Shown: piece after piece, positions 19,161 through 28,283 of the stretch | Numbering within the stretch: the first letter of the stretch is position 1 | How the letters are laid out: each line of letters starts with the position of its first letter | Notes under the pieces: model-generated | What the model saw: only the letters and a program-made list of their open reading frames with translations | Told to the model about the DNA's origin: nothing | Databases searched by the model: none | Assembly: GCA_938040325.1 (NCBI GenBank) | Contig: CALHXW010000039.1 | Location: 13,513 to 77,512, forward strand | DNA from: an uncultured bacterium | GTDB lineage: Bacteria > Myxococcota_A > UBA9042 > PHBI01 | Reading direction: 5' to 3' | DNA: 64,000 bases | Made by a program: the position numbers and the translations under genes

Positions 19161-20261
19161 ATGTCTGCACAGACTCAAACAGACCAAGAGTTTGCCGGTG
19201 CCCATGGGGTGCCGGTCGAAGCAGTCCAGCTGCTACGGCGCGCTGAGCTCATCGATCTTCACATCGACACGTTCATCCCGCCGCGCTTGATGGGCTACAA
19301 CCTCCATAAGCGGCACGGGCTTGGCCTCTTGCGTGGGCGCTTCTTCGGGCACTTGGACTTGCCGCGTGTGGAGGAGGGGGGCCTGACGGGCGCCATGTGG
19401 TCGATCACGACCAACCCCTTTCGAACGCGCGCCGGTCGCTGGCGTACGTTCACCAAAAACCTCAAGCGCTTTCGCAACTTCATCGACAGCACGGACGGAC
19501 GTCTGCGGATCGTTGGAGACGCCGCCGAGTATGCGGCCGCGCGGCAGGCCGGCGCCCATGCGGTGCTACCCAGCGTTCAGGGCGGCAATGCCTTCGAAGG
19601 CGCGCCGGATGGTTGGCTCTCGATCGCTGACAACCCCATCGTGCGGGTGACGCTGGTTCACCTCACCAACTCGGCCTACGGCATCACATCCAGTCCGTTT
19701 AAGGGCTGGAAGGGCAAGCGTGGCCTGACGGATGCCGGGCGTGACTTTGTCAAAGAGCTCAACCACCACCGCGTGTTCGTCGACCTGGCCCACGTGAACC
19801 CACGCACGTTCTGGGACGCCGTCGAGGTCCACGACAAGACCCAGCCGCTCCTCGCCACTCACACTGGCGTCAACGGTGTGAAGAAGCACTGGCGCAACCT
19901 CGACGACGACCAGCTCAAGGCGATCGCTGACACCGGCGGCGTGATCGGCATCATCTTCTCGCAGGCGTTCCTCAAGGTGCGTGGCGGGCCTCGTGACTCC
20001 GGCATGGTGGTCGACCATATGGAGCACGTCATCGACGTGGTCGGCGAAGATCATGTGGCCGTTGGAAGCGACTACGACGGCGCCATCGTGCCACCACCGG
20101 ATCTGCGCAGCGGTACCAACTACGTGCGGCTTGTTGCAGCGATGCTCGCGCGCGGCTGGTCGGCCGAGCGTGTCGAGAAGGTCTTGGGGGGCAACGCGCT
20201 GAGGGTGCTGGCCGAGCTCCGGCCCGGCAAGGTCCAGAGCGCGTCTGCTGGAGCGGCGTAG
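19161..20261 (+). CDS. Membrane dipeptidase (peptidase M19)
   Basis: IDLHID, GLTDAGR, FVDLAH, ATHTG, RNLDDDQLKAIADTGGVIG, GSDYDG, GGNALRV. Confidence 0.9.
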   Translation: MSAQTQTDQEFAGAHGVPVEAVQLLRRAELIDLHIDTFIPPRLMGYNLHKRHGLGLLRGRFFGHLDLPRVEEGGLTGAMWSITTNPFRTRAGRWRTFTKNLKRFRNFIDSTDGRLRIVGDAAEYAAARQAGAHAVLPSVQGGNAFEGAPDGWLSIADNPIVRVTLVHLTNSAYGITSSPFKGWKGKRGLTDAGRDFVKELNHHRVFVDLAHVNPRTFWDAVEVHDKTQPLLATHTGVNGVKKHWRNLDDDQLKAIADTGGVIGIIFSQAFLKVRGGPRDSGMVVDHMEHVIDVVGEDHVAVGSDYDGAIVPPPDLRSGTNYVRLVAAMLARGWSAERVEKVLGGNALRVLAELRPGKVQSASAGAA

Positions 20262-20429
20262 CGCCGAGTGCTTGGGTCGGCCGCACTCGGACCGATGACG
20301 AGGCTTGGCGTCGCCGAGCACGCTCAGAGCGGGGCCCATTGCCGCGTGCGGCTTGGAGCCGAGGGCTAACTGTGGTCTACTGACCCCAGCACCCAACATT
20401 CCTCTCCTCGGACCACCTTCGGAGCTCTC

Positions 20430-22034
20430 ATGGCTGAGAAGTCACGCCCTGTACGTCCTGCAGTCCCGCTCGCAACCCGCATTCGTGCAGCGTTGGACGA
20501 AAAGAAAGCGACAGTCGCTGCAGAGCTTTTGGAGGCGCATGGCAACGAGCTGCTCCTCGATGGCGAGTCTGCCCAGCTGCGCAGCTGGGTCGATGAGACC
20601 ATCGCGCTCGACCCTGAGACGAACGCTCGGCCGCGGCTGGCGTTGGTGCATGCGTGGGCGCTGGTCGATGCAGAGCAATACGGTGCCGCGTCTGCCCGAG
20701 TAGCGGTCGCCGAGCGGGCGGCGCGGGCGGCGTCGATGACAAGCGCCGCTGAGAGGGACGACGACCTCATGCGTCGAGCGGCAGGAATGCGCGCTCACTT
20801 GGCTTGGGTGAACGGCGTGGTTGGGGGGACATCGGCGGCGATGCTGCACCCAGACTCCGACGACCACCCCGTGTGGCGCGCCGCAGCATTGCTGCGCTAT
20901 GGCCGCTGCCAGCAGCTCGCCGGGAGGCCACGCCTGGCGAGCGATGCGCTCTCGGCCGCCATCGCTGGGGCGAGCGTGTCCAACCGGCGGCTCGCAAAGG
21001 TCGTGGTCGGGCGAGCACTGGTCGTGCGTGGGCGGGCGCTAGAAGCGCTGGGGAGCCTCGATGACGCGTCGGCCCTCTACACGCGGGCTGCCAAGGTTGC
21101 CAACGAGACCCCGGATGATGCGACGCTCTGCGATGTGGCCGATGCCGCGCGGGTCGGCCTTGCCCGCCTTGCGACTGCGCTGGGCGACCACGAGTCCGCG
21201 TCGACGCTTCTGAGCAAAGCGCTCACGCGCGCCGACCAGACGCCGGAAGCGGTTCAGGCGCTGACGGTGCAGCTCGATGGGCGCTTGCTGGCGTTGTCGC
21301 TGGCAGCGCTCGGAGACGATGTGTCCGCCGGGAAAGCGGCGGTCGACGCTGCGGAGCGCTTCGTGACGCAGACCGGACGCCGCTGGGCACTGCCGCTGCT
21401 CGGCGCGGCACGGGCGCGTCTAGCGCTCGACCAAGGGGACCTTGGCGCCGCGAAACGCTGGGCTCAGCAGCGCTCAATGGCGCCAGCGCAGGCCCCATCG
21501 CCGACCGTCGTCGGCGAGCTGTTGCTCCTGGCGCGGCTGAAACATGCCGGCTGTCACGTCACCGTTGCGCCGTCCGAGGTCGAAGCAAACCTCAAGGCAG
21601 CTCAGGCTGATGGGCGCGTTGTGGACGTTGGACGGCTGCTCGCGGCCAAGGCGTGCGTCGCGCTCTCCGCTGGCGAGCGCAAGGAAGCGGCGGACCTCGC
21701 CATCGCCGCCAAGAAGGCCGCCGGCGCAGCTCAGCTGCTCATCGCGCGAGAGCTTCCGGACCTGCGTCCGCCACCGGTGGCGAGCGTCGAGCAAGAGCCC
21801 AAAGCCGCTGTCGAGACCACCGGCTTTCCTCCCGCGCAGCCACGTCCCGTGCCGACGCCAGAGCCGGCATCCTCGCCCGAGACGCCTGCCGGCACGTCCA
21901 GCGACGTCGTCGCATCCACGGGCCCGCCGAAGTCGCCGACAACGTCGAACGCAGCGTCTCAGCGGGTAGCGGCTGCCGGCACGCCGGACACCACGCGCAC
22001 CGAGGACGTCGCGACCGAGTCTGCGAGCGCTTGA
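20430..22034 (+). CDS. MalT-like TPR protein with Pro/Thr-rich tail
   Basis: GESAQLRSW...PRLALVHAWAL and ARARLALDQGDLGAAKRWA; no LuxR HTH seen. Confidence 0.55.
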   Translation: MAEKSRPVRPAVPLATRIRAALDEKKATVAAELLEAHGNELLLDGESAQLRSWVDETIALDPETNARPRLALVHAWALVDAEQYGAASARVAVAERAARAASMTSAAERDDDLMRRAAGMRAHLAWVNGVVGGTSAAMLHPDSDDHPVWRAAALLRYGRCQQLAGRPRLASDALSAAIAGASVSNRRLAKVVVGRALVVRGRALEALGSLDDASALYTRAAKVANETPDDATLCDVADAARVGLARLATALGDHESASTLLSKALTRADQTPEAVQALTVQLDGRLLALSLAALGDDVSAGKAAVDAAERFVTQTGRRWALPLLGAARARLALDQGDLGAAKRWAQQRSMAPAQAPSPTVVGELLLLARLKHAGCHVTVAPSEVEANLKAAQADGRVVDVGRLLAAKACVALSAGERKEAADLAIAAKKAAGAAQLLIARELPDLRPPPVASVEQEPKAAVETTGFPPAQPRPVPTPEPASSPETPAGTSSDVVASTGPPKSPTTSNAASQRVAAAGTPDTTRTEDVATESASA

Positions 22035-22040
22035 GCGGCC

Positions 22041-22655
22041 TCAGTCGAGAAAGTCGACCGGGCCCTTGCCGGCGCGGACGAGCTCCGGTGGCTCGACGGT
22101 AAAGTCGATGACGGTCGACGGGTGGGGCTCAAGCGGCCCCTGGTCCAAGACGAATGCCGGGCGGACATACAGCTTTTTGGCAATCTCGACAGGGTCGATG
22201 GGAACGCCCTGTTCCCAGCCGGGCACACTCGACACGAGGAGCGGGGTCCCGAGGCCCTCGACCAGCGCTTGCGGAACCGGGTGGTCTGGGATTCGGATGC
22301 CGATGGTCTTGCGCTTGCCGGTCGCCTGTTTCGGCAGGTCGCGGCTAGCCTTAAGCAGCATCGTGTAGGGACCTGGCAAGTGGTCCCGGCAGAAGCGGAA
22401 TGCGTCGTCGCTGAACCCGCGGACCAAGGCGCCGACCTCTTTCATGCTCTCACACATCACGCTGCAGGCTTTCGTCCTGTCCATCTGCTTGGCGGTGTAG
22501 AGCTTTGAGACGGCGCGGTTATCCCAAGGGGACACGCCGATCGCGTAGATCGAGTCCGTCGGAAAAAGGACGAGTTCACCCTTTCTCAGTGCCTCGATTG
22601 CGGGGCCGAGTGTCCACGTCTCTGGAACGTCGCGGTCGAGCGAGATGACCTTCAT
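22041..22655 (-). CDS. Sua5/YciO/YrdC family protein (YciO-like)
   Basis: FPTDSIYAIG, LPGPYT, KRKTIGIRIPDHP, PSTVIDF...VRAGKG. Confidence 0.88.
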   Translation of the reverse strand: MKVISLDRDVPETWTLGPAIEALRKGELVLFPTDSIYAIGVSPWDNRAVSKLYTAKQMDRTKACSVMCESMKEVGALVRGFSDDAFRFCRDHLPGPYTMLLKASRDLPKQATGKRKTIGIRIPDHPVPQALVEGLGTPLLVSSVPGWEQGVPIDPVEIAKKLYVRPAFVLDQGPLEPHPSTVIDFTVEPPELVRAGKGPVDFLD

Positions 22656-23551
22656 GCGACGGAGGAATGCCCCAGAGCGCCTGCGTAAGCAAGCGTGACG
22701 TTTGCTTCAGTGCCATCGAGGTGCGGGCCAATGTCGACCGACAACGCCGTCGCGCAAGCCAGCAGCGCAAGTGACGTGGTGTCGACGATGCCCCGAGCGT
22801 CGTCTCCGATCGCGGGGTCGTCGGCCGCCTTGGCGAGCCATGTCTCCGCGTGGAGCTCGCCGTGACGCTCGATGGCAGCGAGGGTGCCCGCTGCGTCGCG
22901 CGCGCGGATCGCTGCGAGCGCGTCGATCGCAGCCGCAACCCGGCCCAGCCCGCCACGGGCGCCGCGGAGCGTGCCGAACTCGGCGTCTCGGATCACGGTC
23001 GCGAGGGCCACCGAGGCTGCAAAAGACTCAAGCGACGTCATCGCGATGGCGGACAGAGCTAGGCAGTAGCAGACTGCAAGCGTACCGGCGACGTCGGCTG
23101 CATCGACCAGTCGGCCGCCGCGGAAGTGGGGCGTGAGCGCCGAGATCTCAGCGCCAACGGCGTCGCTCTCCACACCTGCCAGAACCGTCATGGCGTCGAG
23201 CCCCAGCACGTCGCCGACACGCGAGACAACGTCTGCGTCACCCGCGGCGATCGCCACCTCAAGGCCGGTGAGCCGGCGCCTTCGGAGCTGATGGTGGGGC
23301 CACTTCGCGAGAAAGATCTCGCCGTGATCACCGTAACAGCGGCTCGCCATCCATAGCTCGCGCAAGACGTCCTCGGCCGGTTGTCCGAGGGCGAAGCGGG
23401 CATCGGCTCGCTGCTGGAAAACCGGCAGATAGCTCATATGGGTTTCGTTGATGTATACCCGCAGCGTCTCGTCGGATTCGGCGAGCACTCGTTCGAGCGC
23501 AGCGGGGTTCGCATTTTCAGCGAGCCATGGACGTAAGGAGAGAGCGCACAT
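22652..23551 (-). CDS. Helical hypothetical protein, weakly Imm49-like
   Basis: Open frame whose stop overlaps the next start (ATGA); start uncertain. Confidence 0.5.
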   Translation of the reverse strand: MCALSLRPWLAENANPAALERVLAESDETLRVYINETHMSYLPVFQQRADARFALGQPAEDVLRELWMASRCYGDHGEIFLAKWPHHQLRRRRLTGLEVAIAAGDADVVSRVGDVLGLDAMTVLAGVESDAVGAEISALTPHFRGGRLVDAADVAGTLAVCYCLALSAIAMTSLESFAASVALATVIRDAEFGTLRGARGGLGRVAAAIDALAAIRARDAAGTLAAIERHGELHAETWLAKAADDPAIGDDARGIVDTTSLALLACATALSVDIGPHLDGTEANVTLAYAGALGHSSVA

Positions 23552-23951
23552 GAGCAAAGGATCGCACAAGTCGGGCGACGACGCGACGGGTCTGGTGGCC
23601 ATCGTCGATGGCGAGCTGGCAAACACGCAGTTTATCGACACGAGCCTGGCCGGCGCTCGGTTCGTCGACACCGATCTCTCCGGTGCACACTTTCACGACT
23701 CGGCGCTCATCGGGGCGACGATCACCGACTGCGATCTCCGCGGTGCCCACTTCGAAGACGTGAGCCTTCGTGGCGCCAACCTGGTCGACGTCGACGTCAC
23801 TGGCTGCACGATCAACGGGGTCGCGATCGGGCCGCTGATCGACCGTGTGCTCGCCGCCGTGATGGCTGAGAGCGAAGAGTCAGGCGAGAAGCCGGCGAAG
23901 AAGCCCAAGAAGTCGGCCAAGAAGTCAGCCAAGAAGAGCAAGGACAGCTGA
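23550..23951 (+). CDS. Pentapeptide-repeat protein with Lys-rich tail
   Basis: AAGGAG SD; TSLAG-ARFVD-TDLSG-AHFHD-SALIG repeats; KKPKKSAKKSAKKS tail. Confidence 0.85.
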   Translation: MSKGSHKSGDDATGLVAIVDGELANTQFIDTSLAGARFVDTDLSGAHFHDSALIGATITDCDLRGAHFEDVSLRGANLVDVDVTGCTINGVAIGPLIDRVLAAVMAESEESGEKPAKKPKKSAKKSAKKSKDS

Positions 23952-23958
23952 GCTTTCC

Positions 23959-24987
23959 CTACTTCCTGTCGATGAGCATGCGCAGGTGGGCTGCAGCAGC
24001 CTCTGGCGGCGTCGGGTTGATCGGCGTCTCGGTGGCGAGCTCGTAGCCGGCGCCGGGCAGGACTCTGGGCGTCAGCTCGATCCGCCAGTGGTGGCTCGCC
24101 TCGAGCTGCTCAAGCCCCTGGCGCCCATGCTCGAACGAATCGGTGGTGGGAGCGTCGACGATGACGAGGTTGTAGCCGGCTCGGGCCGTTGCCGCCTGAA
24201 GTGGCCCTAAGATTGCCTCAAGCGTCGCGGCGACCGCTGAGAGGCTGCTCGGGCTGGCATCACGAAACGAAGCCGCGTGCTCAGTCGGAAGCACCCACGT
24301 CTCGAACGGCTGGCGACTGGCGAAGGGCGCGACGGCGACGGCACCGCCTGCATCGAAGACCAGCCGTGTGCGCTCGTCCCGCTCCTGAGCGATGACCGCG
24401 CAGCTCAGACACTCGTGATGGCAGGTGAAATGCGCAGTTGCGAGCGCCAGCTCACGCATCACGCGTGCTGGGCGGATCGAGCTCGCGATGAGCTGGCTGT
24501 GTGGGTGGGACTTGGTGGCGCCTGCTTGGCGCCCGCAGTTCTTAAAGACTTGGACATGCTGCAGTCGGCGGTCGCCGACCAGATCGCGGCTTCGTGCTTG
24601 CCAGACCTCCAAGAGAGCCGCCAGGTGATCGCGGGTTGCCTGCTCAAGCAAGCGGTCGTGGAAGCGCGACTCGACGATGACCTCGTGGGCTCCGGTCGCC
24701 GCTCGCGCGACGTAGAGTCCGCGCTCGCGGGTCTCGGGCTCAGGCTCGATTCGCAACGCCGGGTAGAGGTTGGGCACGACCGTGATGCGGTCGTTGCCCA
24801 CTGCGCGCTCTGCAAGGACGTGGGGCTGAGCTGTCTCAAGGTCGCAGAACGGACACGATGGGGCGCTACTCGCGACCGGCGTGACCGTCGGCGCAAAGTC
24901 CGACGGACGCCTGCCTCGCGTGGTCGCGATGACGACCCAGCCGCCACGCAGCGGGTCCCAACGTAGCTCGTCAGCGTCTGGCGTCAT
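23959..24987 (-). CDS. galT: Galactose-1-phosphate uridylyltransferase family protein
   Basis: ELRWDPL..WV, RGRRP, CPFC, VPNLYPAL, HEVIVE, FKNCGRQAGATKSHPHSQ. Confidence 0.88.
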   Translation of the reverse strand: MTPDADELRWDPLRGGWVVIATTRGRRPSDFAPTVTPVASSAPSCPFCDLETAQPHVLAERAVGNDRITVVPNLYPALRIEPEPETRERGLYVARAATGAHEVIVESRFHDRLLEQATRDHLAALLEVWQARSRDLVGDRRLQHVQVFKNCGRQAGATKSHPHSQLIASSIRPARVMRELALATAHFTCHHECLSCAVIAQERDERTRLVFDAGGAVAVAPFASRQPFETWVLPTEHAASFRDASPSSLSAVAATLEAILGPLQAATARAGYNLVIVDAPTTDSFEHGRQGLEQLEASHHWRIELTPRVLPGAGYELATETPINPTPPEAAAAHLRMLIDRK

Positions 24988-24991
24988 CGCA

Positions 24992-27019
24992 TCATCCTCG
25001 TGGCCAACCCGTCATGGCATTGCTGGTCAAGCGCACGGTTGCCGGTGTCGCGCCGGGAAACGTCTCGACGGCATCTCCGTGAGCGTTAACGAGCACCAGT
25101 CGGAGCGCGACGTCTGCCCCAAGCGGTCGTGGCACCGCGACCTCCAGCACATCGGCGAGGGCGCATAGGGTCGTGTTGTTGCCTGGCCACAGCTGCTGGC
25201 GTTGACCATCGACCTCCAGCTCGACGCGGTGCGTGCCGAGGGAGGCACGAGGCTCGGGGCCCAGGTCGACCCGCAGGTAGAGGGTGTCGGCGTCCACGGT
25301 GTAGTGCAGCCGCTCGATCAGCCGGGCGGCACGGTGGTCGGCGCCGGCCGCTGGCGAGACGACGCCTGCTCCGTGCCACTTGAAAAACCACGCGCTGTGT
25401 CCGTCCACGGCCGGTGAGAAGGTCTCGCACGGCGCTTCCCGCAGCGCCGGCGTTGGCTGCGCCAGCGGCGAGCGAAGGGCGTCTGGCACCGGTTCGCCGA
25501 TACGCTGGTAGATCGCTTGGAGGTGACGGCGGAAGAGGTGGTCGAAGGCGCTGTCATAGGGGCTCGAGTGTCCCTCGCCAAACCACCACCACCAGTCGGA
25601 CGACTCGGCCGCGAGCAGCAGCTGGGCGAGCTCTGGGTCGCCAGCCTCGATCGCTGAGAAGTCTGCATAGTGCGCATGCACGGCTGCTCGTGCGTCGCTG
25701 AGCAAGTCCCAGCCTCGGTTCTTGACCGGATCGCCGATCCACGTCCGCAGGGTGCCGTCGATCCATGAGCCGGTCGCCATCGCTGGCAGCGGTCGCGCTG
25801 GCACCCTCGCGAGAGCGCTCGAGATCGTCGCGAGCTCGACGCCACTGAGCGCCTCGATGGCCTTGTAGAGTCCTGGAAGAAAGCCTGCGATGCCGCTGGG
25901 GTAGCGCTCCCAGCAGTTCTCACCGTCGAGGGCGACAAGAAGAACGCCGTCGCGTTCGGTCCCACCAAGCGCATCGCGACGGTTCGCCACGGCGTCAGCA
26001 AAGTCGGCGTAGGCGCGCTCCGGCTGCCAGTCTGCGTAGACGAAGCCGATCCGGTCGGACAGGTCGTGGTCACGGTAGACCAGCTTGACCCCTTCGAACT
26101 CCCAAGGCGACAGCCGCTCGGACGCTGTCGCTCGCCGGCCTAGACTCTTGTCGAGTAGGGCTTCGTCGGTGGCCAGCCACTGCACCCCAGCGGCTGCGAA
26201 CACCTGGAGGGCCGCAGGCGACACTGCGCCCTCGGCAGGCCACATGCCAATGGCGGGTGTCCCAAAGGTCTCCGTGTGGGCGGCAAGACCGGCTCGAACA
26301 TGCGCAGCGGCGTCGCCGGGTGCATGGAGCCGGCGCGCGGGCAGTGGCGTGGCGGGATCGGCAGCAGTTGCGGCATGCGTGTCGAGCAGAAGCGGGAGGA
26401 TGGGGTGTGCGTACGGCGTTGTCGAAAGCTCGACAGATCCGCTCCGCGCGAGGGCGCCCCACACGTCTGGCAAGTCTGCAAGCCCGTGACAGATCGCTTC
26501 ATGCAGGGCGTGCTTGTCGGCCTCTGAGAAGTTGCTGCCTTGCGCGAAGAGCCGCTGGGCGACGGTCTCGCTGCGGACAACGTGGCCGCACCAGGCGAGG
26601 GTGTGCCAGACCTGAAGATCACGCCGCTCGGCTTCGGTGAGCGGCTTGTCGGCCGTCACCTTGTCGCGGATGGCGCGATAGCCGGCATGGGGTTCGAGCA
26701 GGGTCGGCTGGTGGATGCTAAAGAAGTGCTGTCGCAGGTAGGCGACGTCGTCGTCGGTGAGGCTTGAGGCGTCCTTGAGTGCCACCGACAAGAACGCGTC
26801 CCGGTGGTCCAGGTTGGCCGCGTCGGCAAGCTGCTGCATCAGGCTTGGCACCCAGTTCACCGTCGCACGGGCGCTCGGGACCTGTTGGTGGACCCAGGCA
26901 AGGTCGCGGTAGTCCTTGGTGCCATGGAGCCTGACCCACGGCATCGTCGCGACCCGCGTGATCGGGTCTTGATAGAAGGGCTGATGCATGTGCCAGAGGA
27001 ACGCGACGTGCAGAGTCAC
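24992..27019 (-). CDS. Glycoside hydrolase family 57 (amylopullulanase-like)
   Basis: WHMHQP, MPWVRLHGTKDY, TTPYAHPILPLL, GMWPAEGAVS, ALDGENCWE, AESSDWWWW. Confidence 0.92.
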   Translation of the reverse strand: MTLHVAFLWHMHQPFYQDPITRVATMPWVRLHGTKDYRDLAWVHQQVPSARATVNWVPSLMQQLADAANLDHRDAFLSVALKDASSLTDDDVAYLRQHFFSIHQPTLLEPHAGYRAIRDKVTADKPLTEAERRDLQVWHTLAWCGHVVRSETVAQRLFAQGSNFSEADKHALHEAICHGLADLPDVWGALARSGSVELSTTPYAHPILPLLLDTHAATAADPATPLPARRLHAPGDAAAHVRAGLAAHTETFGTPAIGMWPAEGAVSPAALQVFAAAGVQWLATDEALLDKSLGRRATASERLSPWEFEGVKLVYRDHDLSDRIGFVYADWQPERAYADFADAVANRRDALGGTERDGVLLVALDGENCWERYPSGIAGFLPGLYKAIEALSGVELATISSALARVPARPLPAMATGSWIDGTLRTWIGDPVKNRGWDLLSDARAAVHAHYADFSAIEAGDPELAQLLLAAESSDWWWWFGEGHSSPYDSAFDHLFRRHLQAIYQRIGEPVPDALRSPLAQPTPALREAPCETFSPAVDGHSAWFFKWHGAGVVSPAAGADHRAARLIERLHYTVDADTLYLRVDLGPEPRASLGTHRVELEVDGQRQQLWPGNNTTLCALADVLEVAVPRPLGADVALRLVLVNAHGDAVETFPGATPATVRLTSNAMTGWPRG

Positions 27020-27022
27020 CGC

Positions 27023-27952
27023 TTAGCCCCCGACGTTGAACTTCGCCAGTCCAAGTCGCTCGCCATTGGAGCCGACGACCTCGCACGACCATGGCCCGGT
27101 CCACTTCGTCTTGGTTCGCTGCCGCGACCATGTGCGCCACTTCGGGCTCTTGCCGACCTTCAGCTCGACCTTGCTAACAAGACGTGTGCCGCGTCGCCAG
27201 ATGTGGGTGACGGTGGCTTCCTGCATCGTGTTCTTGAAGATCGTGAAGCAGTAAAAGAGCTCCGGGATGACCGGGAACGACGCTGCAGCACCCTGGATCT
27301 GACGCGACTCGACGCCTGTGCCGATCACGAGATCGACGAGCTCGGTCTGGCCGGTCGTGTTCCACATGGTGACGCCCTCGCGTCCAACGCGGGGGCTCGT
27401 TGAGACAGCGCCGCTCGAGGCCACGCTGGGTTGGATCGGGGTCACCGGCACCGGGACCGGCTGAACCACCCGGATCGAGGCCGGGTCGTCGGCGGCGGCG
27501 GCAAGGTCGGCTTGGGTGAGGTTCGTCGCGCTGACCGGTCGCCCCTGAGGCTGAGCGTTGGGCTGCACACGATTGACGCTCGGCGGCACAGTGCCCGGCG
27601 AGACCACTGGAGGCACGTTGCCGCGGAGCTGAGGGCTGCCTCCAACAGGCTGAGGCGCGCGCGCGGTGTTGCCGGCAGCAGGGGCGTTGGCGATGTCGCG
27701 ATTGTTGACGCGTGCCTCGGCGATCGCGGCGCGCTCGCGCGCGGTGAGCGACGGCCCCTCGGCGGCGGTGATCGTCCGTCGCGGGCGCATGTCGCTGCGG
27801 AGCTCTTCGAGCAGCTCGGCACGGAGCTCAGCTTTGAGCTGGCTGCGGAGCTCCGGCGAGATCGACTCGTCCTTGCTGTCGCAGGCAAACAAGCTTGTGC
27901 TGATGGCGATCAGGCACAGCAGGGAAAGGCGGTGATGAGGCAGGCAAACCAT
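27023..27952 (-). CDS. Lipoprotein with C-terminal DUF2914-like domain
   Basis: Lipobox LFAC; YCFT...VTHIW...WRTWS...GPWSCEV. Confidence 0.7.
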   Translation of the reverse strand: MVCLPHHRLSLLCLIAISTSLFACDSKDESISPELRSQLKAELRAELLEELRSDMRPRRTITAAEGPSLTARERAAIAEARVNNRDIANAPAAGNTARAPQPVGGSPQLRGNVPPVVSPGTVPPSVNRVQPNAQPQGRPVSATNLTQADLAAAADDPASIRVVQPVPVPVTPIQPSVASSGAVSTSPRVGREGVTMWNTTGQTELVDLVIGTGVESRQIQGAAASFPVIPELFYCFTIFKNTMQEATVTHIWRRGTRLVSKVELKVGKSPKWRTWSRQRTKTKWTGPWSCEVVGSNGERLGLAKFNVGG

Positions 27953-28283
27953 GGGTGAGATCTACGCCGATTGTTCACGCGCGTCGAGCAGCAACTCGGC
28001 GTTTCCCGTCGAGGTTTGGGCCGCGTTCGAGGTGGCGTCCGGGCCGTTGATGGACCGGCGGGTGGGGAGGCGACGGCCAGCCTCGCGACTCGCGCTTCGG
28101 ACAGGCATCGTCGTCCGCTGCGCAAGCCCGCCTGCCCAAAGCGCGAGCTCGCCGCGGGCAGGGCCATGTCGCCGTGTGCCGCCGGTGCCTGCGAGTTTGC
28201 TCACTCAGGCGGCCGAACGAGGGCGGTTTTTTCGACAGACACTTAGAGCAGACCTAGGGTCGGGCGGCACTGGAGGAAGTCCC

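Noticed and set aside
27951..28283. N-terminal 111-aa extension of the kinase in the ORF track
   Set aside because: Low-complexity translation; a strong GGAGG SD supports ATG 28284
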